From positions 41,850,001-41,914,000 of the forward strand of contig OZ024740.1 in the NCBI GenBank assembly GCA_964016885.1: DNA of 64,000 nt, given 5' to 3'. The stretch's first letter is position 1. Every line of letters begins with the position of its first letter. This DNA comes from Eledone cirrhosa. Lineage: Eukaryota. The translations under genes were made by a program, and so were the position numbers. Below, piece after piece: positions 49,441-59,944 of this stretch. Under the pieces are notes generated by a model. The model had not been told where the DNA came from, searched no databases, and was given only the letters and a program-made list of their open reading frames with translations.

Positions 49441-50316
49441 TTCTCTCTCTCTACCCCATCTCTCTCTCTCTAGTTCTCTCCCTCTCTTTATCTCCCTCTC
49501 TCTCTACCCCCACTATCTCTCTACCTCTCTTTTTCTCTCTCTACTCCTTCCTCTCTCTACCACTCTCTCTCTCTCTCTCTTTCTTTCTGTCTCATTCGCG
49601 GACAATCATACTGTTTACCTATTTTGGGTCAGAGGTGCAGAGGTAAAGAAGTACAGACCCATACATCTGGAGAAATGAGAAATAAACAATTAACTTCAGT
49701 ATGCACATTTTATTACTGGTATTTATTTCATCAAAAGCACACAGAGGAAGGCGAAAATAATATCCGAACTCAGAACATAAAGAAAACTATATAAACCTCT
49801 AAAACATGGAAGCCGACAATTATATAATTTCGTCATCCGTACAAAATTGTTATTGATTTCTAAAACTGACAGAAGGCCACACGTTTTGGGAGTAGTTGGT
49901 GGGGTGAGCTATAGTAGATTAGTCTCAATACTTGACCGACTTTTTAAAAAATTTATCGACTTCGGAAGGATGAAAAGCAAAGTTGACCTTGACAGGATAT
50001 GCATTCTGAATATAAACGATCGTAACTAAACACTCAAGGCATTTTGATTGCTGATATTTATTTCTGAAAGGGGCCGGACAGAGTAGAGTGCACCTCACCT
50101 CCATTAATACTGGAATTGAGAACGTAAAGAAATATAGCTAAATAACAACCGACATGGAATCCGGCATTGCCATTTCCGCTAGTCAACCACTCCTTCCCCA
50201 TCGAAAATAATATTAAAATTGTCGAGTTTCAGAATCAGTTTTTTACGTGTAGAATATTCCATAGATTTGTTTTCGGAATTGTAATTAACAATTGTTTGTT
50301 ATGTTTGCTGCTCATT

Positions 50317-50500
50317 TGGATTGGCAGTATCGGTAGAGGGTCGGACGCCATGCTTTCCAGCATAGTTACGTCCCTTTACGATCTGAGTTCAAATCCCGCC
50401 GAGGTTGACTTTACTTTTCATCCTTACGGGGTCGATAAAAATAAAGTACCAGTAATGCACTGAGTAATTGCTGGCCTTGTACCTAAAGTAGAAACAATTA
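50317..50500 (+). mobile_element. OK/OR-like SINE
   Basis: Family consensus match. Confidence 0.87.
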
Positions 50501-50760
50501 TTTTTAAATTCTTGCAACTAACTCACTTTTAGGCTGATTATTTCCAATGGAAATATTTTGAAAAGAAATCTCACAACAGATATACTAAGAAAAAACAGTG
50601 AAAGAAACAAAAAGACATGTCATGAGATGAGAGAGAGAGAGAGAGAGAGATAGGTGGAGGGACTGAGATAGAGGTAGAGAGATGGAGAAATGGATAGAGT
50701 GAGATAGATAGAGAGAGACAGAAGTAAAGAAGAGAGTGATAAAGAGAGATAAAGAGAGAT

Positions 50761-50830
<70 letters not shown>

Positions 50831-51023
50831 GAAATGGGGAAAATGTGAGTAATTCATTGAAAAATAATCTACTCCAATGATAAAAAGCGAAAGATGACAA
50901 AAACAAAAGATGTCTGCCAGTTTAAATTGTTAAAGTATTAGTTACAGAGAGAAAAACTGCAATAACGTATTACAGATATGAAAGGTTTTTGAGAGTAAAA
51001 GAAGAATGAGGAAATAATTGAGA

Positions 51024-51058
<35 letters not shown>

Positions 51059-51064
51059 GCAAGT

Positions 51065-51112
<48 letters not shown>

Positions 51113-51151
51113 GCATATATATGTGTGTGTGTATGTGTGTGTGTACACCAA

Positions 51152-51196
<45 letters not shown>

Positions 51197-51197
51197 A

Positions 51198-51243
<46 letters not shown>

Positions 51244-51593
51244 TGCATGAGAGAGAAAAAAATACCTATTTCGTGAAATATATTTCTCCCTCACTAATTG
51301 CTGGCAGTAAAATTAAAAATAGATTTATTAAACGTTTGTTTAAATAAATATAATGTTTTCAAATATTCTTGAATCTAATAAAAAAGATATTTAAAAAACA
51401 CACAACTAATTACTTGGCAGTTGAGGCAAAGTTGCTGGCTTGCCAAGCAGAAAATAAAGGAGAGTTGTTTGGTAAAATATTCTTAGGATGACATGACCTA
51501 GACCAATTAGATGGGTTAGAGTACCAGAAGTTGGGTTTAGTAATTACAATCTAATCGAGATGAAATCTCGACATATTCTTGTATGTATGTATG

Positions 51594-52200
51594 TTATCTC
51601 TTTCTCTTAATTTTGAGTATATTTCTTTGACCGGCCACCTTCCTTTGCTCACAGGCATTACACGATGGAATTAATTAATAATTACTAATAATGTTATATC
51701 GTGCAATGGCCATACTTTATAACGAAGGAGCTGCCATCATGTATGTTATCTCTTTCTCTTAATTTCGAGTATATTTTTTGACCGGCCACCTTCCTGGTGG
51801 CAAGGTTGTAAAAGAAAAGAAATTGTCATCCCTAGAATCGCAAGAATGTTTTGCAAATTTTCAAGGTGCCAGCTATCGCAGCCATTTGTAGACTATGAAT
51901 TAGGGAGCTGCGCTCTTTGTCCACAAATCGAAGTTCAGTCATACTTTGGTCCAAGCGGGTTGGTATATAACCCGTAGCTCCAATAATGATAGGTATGAAG
52001 CTAAAGGTGTATCTTGGATACTGGATTTGTAAACTCCTCATCAATGGTCCGTAGATGTCCTCCTTCTCCTGTATTTTTCTGACAACGTTTACATCAAGTG
52101 GGCAGCTGATCTCCACAACAGAACACGTTTTCAATGTGTGGTCCCAAACAACAATATCAGGCCGGTTGTGCTTTAATTTGGTGGCAGTTTTTATTTTCAG
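51594..52200 (-). mobile_element. R4 family C 3' fragment (51746-52200) plus a second 3'-terminal piece (51594-51643)
   Basis: ORF 51832-52134 matches 26361-26738. TATG repeats at all junctions. Confidence 0.9.
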
Positions 52201-52220
52201 TATGTATGTATGTATGTATG

Positions 52221-52250
<30 letters not shown>

Positions 52251-52251
<1 letters not shown>

Positions 52252-52657
52252 GAGATGACCCCTTAGCCTTTGTCAAGGCAGAATTCTAGGAGAAGGAAAA
52301 CTCTGATATAACACCTGCAACCCTGATGGTATCCAATGATGTTGACTTGTTCTTCTTTTTGGTAAATATCATCTTGGTTAAGAGAGTGGGACTGGCTTTG
52401 TGCAGTGCCTTTGCTCACTATAAAAGCTTCACAGCACAGGCATTGCTTTATATCTGGAGATCTCTCTGCACTTGTCATCACAAGGTACCATGGGCCCAGC
52501 ACTATGTGTCAATAATTGTCACAAGTGTAGTCTTTGTACCAGAGTTTTCAAGTCGCTGGCTGAACTAAAAAGTCACACTTGTTCAGCGCATCAGTAGGGG
52601 TTCTCCTACATGGATATAAAGTAGTGGCCGTACTCGAAAACGATCTGGCAGCCACCA
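52251..52657 (+). mobile_element. Non-autonomous RTE derivative, 5'-truncated
   Basis: Matches the 3' ~405 bp of the full element; (TATG)n flanks. Confidence 0.88.
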
Positions 52658-52738
52658 TGTATGTATGTATGTATGTATGTATGTATGTATGTATGTATGT
52701 ATGTATGTATGTATGTATGTATGTATGTATGTATGTAT

Positions 52739-53347
52739 GTCAGGTCACCAGTTGGTGCTACTGGTAACATGTATCCCAGTATAACCTGTCCCATGGTCGG
52801 GTCGTTGGCGACTAAACTGGCAACCCCACCAAGGTTTCTTGGTGAGGAGGGAGACTTTGGACATCCTGCAGGACTAAAAACAAAACCTGTCAAAGGGCAA
52901 AGGAGCTCTTAATAGTCAATGGTCATCCAAAATCACCGGGAGAGATTACCCCTTAGCCTTTGTCGGGGCAGAATTCTAGGAGAAGGAAAACTCTGATATA
53001 GCACATGCAACCCTGATGGTATCCAATGATGTTGACTTGTTCTTCTTTTTGGTAAATATCATCTTGGTTAAGAGATTGGGACTGGCTTTGTGCAGTGCCT
53101 TTGCTCACTATAAAAGCTTCACGGCACAGGCATTGCTTTATATCTGGAGATCTCTCTGCACTTGTCATCACAGGGTACAATGGGCCCAGCACTATGTGTC
53201 AGTAATTGTCACAAGTGTAGTGTTTGTACCAGAGTTTTCAAGTCGCTGGCTGGACTAAAAAGTCACACTCGTTCAGCGCATCAGTAGGGGTTCTCCTACA
53301 TGGATATAAAGTAGTGGCCGTACTCGAAAACGAGTTGGCAGCCACCA
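52739..53347 (+). mobile_element. Non-autonomous RTE derivative, full-length
   Basis: Near-identical to the reverse complement of 19511-20120; (TATG)n flanks. Confidence 0.88.
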
Positions 53348-53421
53348 TGTATGTATGTATGTATGTATGTATGTATGTATGTATGTATGTATGTATGTAT
53401 GTATGTATGTATGTATGTATG

Positions 53422-56196
53422 TTCTTCTGGTTTTATAATTTCACAAAGTTTTACCAATAGAGAGAGAGTCAGTTTCTAACATAGACACAAGACTCTCTCA
53501 TTGGAATTTACACAACATCAACTAGGTAGATATGTATTTATGTCTGCATGCATGCATGTGTAGATATGGATGTTATTGTATGTGTGGATGTGTATGTTTT
53601 GAGTTGTATGTCTGCATGTGTATATGTTTTGTATCTGTACATGTGTATATGCAGTTATTAGATGCAACCTTTTTGGAATGATTTACAAATTTTTACTGTT
53701 CCATTAATCGATTGTACTTGTAATTTCCTAACTAGTTGTGTTCTTTCTGTTCCTGTGAAGCCTAGCTTCTCAAGATTTGTATTGAGGCAGTTACTAACAT
53801 ATCCCAGTGCCCCAATAATCACAGGCATAAATCTGAAGGTGTAATCAGGGTGGAGTATCTGCAGATTTCTCATCAGTTCTGCATAAATATTCTCCTTTTC
53901 ACTAATCTTTGATATTATATTGGCATCTGCTGGGCAGCTAATTTCCACTACTGTTCATGTTTTCTTCTCCCTGTCCCATATCATAATATCTGGTCTGTTA
54001 TGCCTGCATTTTATTGGGGTTTTTACTGGAAGATTCCACCGGTACTCTTTCATATTATGTACATGAATGTCTTCCACATTGTTGTAGCTTTTAATGTGTT
54101 TATTATCGGGGCTATCTTTTTTACGAACTGCATAGTACAGTGTTTTGGCCACTACATCATGCCTCATAGGTAGATAGTACCGCGATGACATATTTGGGCA
54201 GCTGCTGATGACATGGGTGATATCCTCGATGTTAGTTCTGCAGAGTCTGCACTTGTTATCACATCTAGGTGTTCTGCCTGCATCCCTATCTCTTTTGTGA
54301 ATCAGGTATTTCGTGCTAATCTCCTGTTCTTGGATTGCAAAAGCGTATCCTTCAAAGTGGGAGCCAATATAGCGGTTGTTGGTCCAAGATATGATGCGAC
54401 ATTCAAATGTTGTCTGGACTGATGTTAGGCCTCTGCCTCCCTGCTTACGTTTCAAGTAAAGGCGGTCTATGTCACTGTTGATGTGGAAGTTTCCGGTGTT
54501 GTTCAGTATTTTTCGAGTTCCAACATCAACTGCTCGGATTTCGTCTATCGTCCAATTGAGTATTCCAAACGTTGATGTTAGGACAGGCACAGCAAACACA
54601 TTGTGAGCCACTGTTTTGTTTTGCGCAGAGAGTTCCGATGACCAGATCTTTCTTAATCGGGTGTAGTATTCCCTGGTTACGTGTTCTTTATTACAGATAC
54701 CATTATAGGATATGTTCTCATCTATCCCCAGGTATCTGTAGCAGTCCTCATCAGATATCGGTGAAACAGTTAGACCATTGATGACAATGTTGCTAGATTG
54801 GGTTGTTGTTTTTCCCCGCTTTACAGTCATGTATGAGCATTTATCTTGGCCAAACTCCATTTCTATATCCTTTGAGAACGTTGTAACCAGGTCAAGATTT
54901 TTCTTCATCCCATCCATGTTCTTGGCATAGAGTTTCAGATCGTCCACAAAGAAGTTATGGGTTAGGTTCGTATTTCTGTCCTCCTGTGAGCCAATGATGT
55001 ATCCCTCACATTTCTTGAGCAGAAAGGACAAGGGGTTTAATGACAAGATGAACAATATCACAGAGAGACTGTCCCCCTGAAATATACCCCTGCAATATTT
55101 TATTTCATCAGTGAAAATAGAGTCCTCCCTCTCTGTCTTTAACCTTAGGATAGTAGCCCAAGAAGAAGACAACCTCTCTATGGCTCTGACAATAATGTCT
55201 GGGACTTTAGCAAGTTGGAGGGCCTTTATCATCCAAGAGTGGGGAACAGAATCGAAAGCTTTCTTGTAGTCCAGCCAGACTGTAATCATATTCCTCCTAA
55301 GTTGTCGCACCTCCGACATCGCAGTTTTGTTGATTAGGAGTTGTTCAGCACATCCCCAAACCCTTTTCTTTCCAGCTGCTTGTTCATCTGTGATGATGTT
55401 ATTATTTTAACAGTGATCTTGGAGGAATAGGTTGAGGCAGGGTGTATACATCTTATACATCATGTTCTGGCATGCAATGGGTCGGTAGTTTTTTGCCAAG
55501 TGGGTGTCTTTGCTCTTGGGGACCAGTAACGTTTGTGCTAATGTCAACCATTCTGGTATAAGTGTATCTCCCTTAAGAACTTGTTGGTAGAGGTCAGTAA
55601 GATACCTCCGATAGAATATTAGTTTTTTGTACCAGTAGCCGACAATCATGTCTCTTCCTGGTGTTTTCTTATCTTGGAGTTTTCCTATCACAGTCTCAAG
55701 GGTACCCTCACTTATTTCGTATGTTTTTGTTGTAGTGTAGGAGCAATAGTTCTTTCGGATTTCTCTTAGCCACACTGCATCTTGGTTGAAATTCTTCTTT
55801 TCACCCCATATTTTTCTCCAAAAGGAATCTATGTCATTCTGGGATGGGGCCTCAGTGACACTTATTATTTTGCCCTTCATATCTCTATAGACTGGTGTTT
55901 GGTTTCGTCTGAATCTTTTATTAAGCATTTTTCTCTCATCTACCTTCTTCAGGTATCGGCGTTTTTCGCTAACAACTCTCAATTGTTGTTTGAGGGTGAT
56001 TAGCTTATATTGGAGAGTTCTGGTTCTATTGTTACCAAACATCGTCTCTATTTTATTTTTCACTCTTTGTTGGTGAGAAGTGAGGTTTTTTTGTGTTTGT
56101 TTGCATGTAAGGAGCATTATCACATGTCCTATGTTTTTTCGTAGGTCAGCACTCTTTTTTTCTATTTTAGTTATATATGATGGGGCTATCTTTTTT
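53422..56196 (-). mobile_element. R4 family D, second copy; 5'-truncated with an in-frame internal deletion
   Basis: ORFs 55407-56234, 53955-55319 and 53658-53948 are highly similar to 27398-30420. Deletion junction CRIIS|WTNNRY near 54387. Confidence 0.93.
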
Positions 56197-56212
56197 ATGT
56201 ATGTATGTATGT

Positions 56213-56615
56213 ATGACCCCTTAGCCTTTGTCAAGGCAGAATTCTAGGAGAAGGAAAACTCGGATATAACACCTGCAACCCTGATGGTATCCAATGATGT
56301 TGACTTGTTCTTCTTTTTGGTAAATATCATCTTGGTTAAGAGAGTGGGACTGGCTTTGTGCAGTGCCTTTGCTCACTATAAAAGCTTCACGGCACAGGCA
56401 TTGCTTTATATCTGGAGATCTCTCTGCACTTGTCGTCACATGGTACCATGGGCCCAGCACTATGTGTCAATAATTGTCACAAGTGTAGTGTTTGTACCAG
56501 AGTTTTCAAGTCGCTGGCTGGACTAAAATGTCACACTCGTTCAGCGTATCGGTAGGGGTTCTCCTACATGGATATAAAGTAGTGGCCGTACTCGAAAACG
56601 AGTTGGCAGCCACCA
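56213..56615 (+). mobile_element. Non-autonomous RTE derivative, 5'-truncated
   Basis: Same extent as 52251-52657; (TATG)n flanks. Confidence 0.88.
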
Positions 56616-56629
56616 TGTATGTATGTATG

Positions 56630-56662
<33 letters not shown>

Positions 56663-57195
56663 TTCTCTCTGAAAGGACATGAATTAAAATGTAATTCAAC
56701 CGAAAATAGAAGATTGTGTCACGGTGTTGGGTTGTATCCACACTATTCACTATCACTGACTATTACAAAAGATTAGTATCACTTTCAGCATTCCTCATTA
56801 AGCTCTAAGGCTGCTCCTTTGTTAGGCCCACATATTGGTTGATTAGTTTGATATTTGTTTACATATTTGTCGAGTAATGTTGTAGTCAGTTAAATCAGCT
56901 CCGTAAGTAATAGCAAATTATCTTATTAATTTTAGAAACATGAAAGAAGAGTCTGTATTACATGACAACATTTCAAACGTATGTCAACTTTGGTGAAAGA
57001 AACTAAATAGTGTAATGCATCTAATTTGGTGCTCTTTAGTTCATGCAGTTCTATTTATAAATAATTAAATAATAGTTTCTTACATTGACACAAGACTTCA
57101 AATTATAGGAAGTAATATAAGCAATTGATCTATTGACAGTATGTTTTTTGTAAGTTGTTTTATTGTTTTGGCGAGAATGAAAGCAAAGTCAATAT

Positions 57196-57380
57196 AAGTG
57201 GTAACAGATATCAAACTTGTTATTTAGTGGTAACAGATATCAAACTTGTTATTAAGTGGTAACAGGTATCACACTTGGCGTTATAGAATTAGGTATCAAA
57301 TAGGCATTAAGTAGCAACAGTTAACAAATGTGACATTCATTATAGAAGTAGGCATCAAACTTGGTATTAAGTGGTTGTAG
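57196..57380. repeat. Degenerate ~28-bp tandem repeat
   Basis: TAAGTGGTAACAGATATCAAACTTGTTAT three times, then diverged units. Confidence 0.8.
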
Positions 57381-58632
57381 TTAAACTGACGTTAACCACT
57401 GAAATCACACAAAAATAGATAAATTAAATAAAGAAATATAAAAATTAAAATAAAGATCAAAATTGTCAGTTAGAACATCATAAAATTTTTTAAATTTAAG
57501 GTTTGGTTATTTTATTGTATAGTTTGTCAAGGGGATAAGATATTTCGTTTCATTTTCCATTGCAAATATCTATTTCCTGAGTGAACGATGTGTTCGTGAC
57601 TCTTTTATAAATCTACGATTATTTGATTCTGTTGGTTTTTCTTCTGCGTTTCTATATCAAATAAATCCGAACTTGATCAACAAGAAGTTAGGATTATCCA
57701 TCCAGAGAAAGTTATATAGTTACATATTCTATGGGATGGAGAAAGAATGCAAATATAAGATACTTCTACTGAATCGTTCATGTTAACGTGCTTTTGGCAA
57801 TAAGAAAGGGTCACAGGAAAGATAATATGGTATTACGTGACTAAGTAAAGAAGGTTGAAACCTGCGCTTCTTTAACATTGATGGCGGTGGAAGTGGCAGG
57901 GAAGAAATGATTTCTCTCCATGCATATTAGATATTGACAGAGTGTAGAAATATTCAACCTTCAACCTGAAGAAACCTAATCTGTTCGAATGAAATATTAC
58001 CAGAAAGTTCAAGTTTTTATTGTTACAGGTTCAAAAGATCAAACGTATTATAAATATATAGAATTATTTCACAGCTTGCCTGACATCAGAACAAACACTT
58101 CATTGTCTATTCAGGTATATCAGGTGTGATATTACATATGGTAAATAATATGTAAACAGGTGCATACAATCAGGATGATTGCGACATTCAGCATTCTGTG
58201 ACTGGTCCTTGTTGTTGTTATTGTTGAAATCCAGGTATGCATTGATCCAGAAGAAGACCTGTGGCTAAAGGCATTCCATTAATGGCGATCACCTCTTATT
58301 TTCAGACATAGTCTAAGTTTTAAATACATCAAGCAATGGTTCCATTCCTTTTGAAGATGGTAAGTAAAAGTTTAAGTGAGATTAACTGCTATTTCTAGCA
58401 GTTTCATCTACAAAACAGTGGTGGTTCTCTCACTGTTTTGAACTAGTGTCAGTATTTCAAGATGGTTGTCACACAATACACCAGAAGTCTTAGGTGTGGG
58501 AAAACGAAGATAATTGTTTTCATAAAGTGTATGAATGGCAAGTCTATTTGACAGAACCTACCTGGATCCAAGCGTTATTGAAAGGAGGATGGATACCGAA
58601 AACCTTTGTGAATTATTCAGCATTATATCTAG

Positions 58633-58826
58633 CTGTAGCAGTGTAATGTATGATCGGATGTTACAGAATTACAGGTAAGGTGGAGTGGGTCACCTACCTA
58701 TAGCAATGTATTGTACTATTGGATGTAATAGAATTACAGGTAAGGCGGAGTAGATCATTTATCTATAGCAATGTGTTGTACTATTGGATGTTGTAGAATT
58801 ATAAGTAAGGTGGAGTGGGTCATCTA
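58633..58826. repeat. 65-bp tandem repeat, three units
   Basis: GAATTA(C/T)A(G/A)GTAAGG at 58666, 58731 and 58796. Confidence 0.85.
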
Positions 58827-59342
58827 AAAAGAAAGGGTCATGGATTAGGACACAACCAACATCAGTGATACAACACATTTCTCTGATAGCTCCAGCTCTT
58901 ATTGATTGAGTTAAATGTAGTAATCATAAAAGTGACAAGCATATGAATACTTTGGCCTCCAGCTATTAACTTGTTGCAAAAAGTGTGTCTCATTTGTTAA
59001 ATTAAAGACAAAATTACACAGTTTCAATGTAACTAAAAAACAACAACAAAAGAAACATAGCAAAAAAAAGTCACCATAGGTTTTAAGATAATTCGTTTTC
59101 CATTTAGAAGGCGGGAAGTAATAAGAAACACCAATTAAACATATTCACACGGTGTTTGTTTAATTACAATTTCAATCTGCTGTAAAAGTAACATGAAACA
59201 GTCATAGGAGAATAAATTAAAAATTTTATTTACCCTCAAGGTTTGATAAAATAAATACTAGTCAAATACTCGGTCTGGGTCGATTTAATCTACTTTTCTT
59301 CTTCTGAGAAATTCCTGTTCTTGTAATTTAGTAATCAAAACA

Positions 59343-59882
59343 TCTATATACTACTAAAATTCTGATCTTGCGTGCTTGCTTGCATGCTTGCTTGTCTGTT
59401 ATGTAATACAGCCAAAAGGGCGCATAATGGGTAAATACTTTTGAGAAACTATTCTGAATAAAACAAGTTTGGCGTAAATCGCACATGGAAAATATTTTCA
59501 ATTTTCCAAAAAATAGCAAGGAATTCATTTAAATTCAATTTATCTTATTTTATAATGAATATCGAAAGAAATAATCCGTTTTTTTTTGGTTATCCATTCT
59601 GTAGGTAAGAGAGACAGAGAGAGTGAGGGTGAGAGAGAGAAAGAGAGAAAGTGAGGGGATGAGAGAGAGAAGGGGGATGACAGATAGGGAAAGAGACAGC
59701 GTCCTTAACTTTTATTTATTTTAACTCTCCCCCCTATCCATAACGTTATTTCTGTCTCTCTCTTTCACAGTTCTACTGCCACCCTGTGTATCTGTATGTG
59801 TATGTGTGCCAGTGCATGTGTTTACGTACTTAGAGACATGTGTGTGTGTGTATGTGTGTGTAACAGTACTTAAGTTAGAGAC

Positions 59883-59944
<62 letters not shown>

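Noticed and set aside
52739-52830. HDV-like or twister ribozyme at the 5' end of the RTE derivative
   Set aside because: Only partial motif similarity (TGTCCCA, CTAA-ACTGG). The required P1/P1.1 or P4/T1 pairings could not be completed, so it was not called as a feature.
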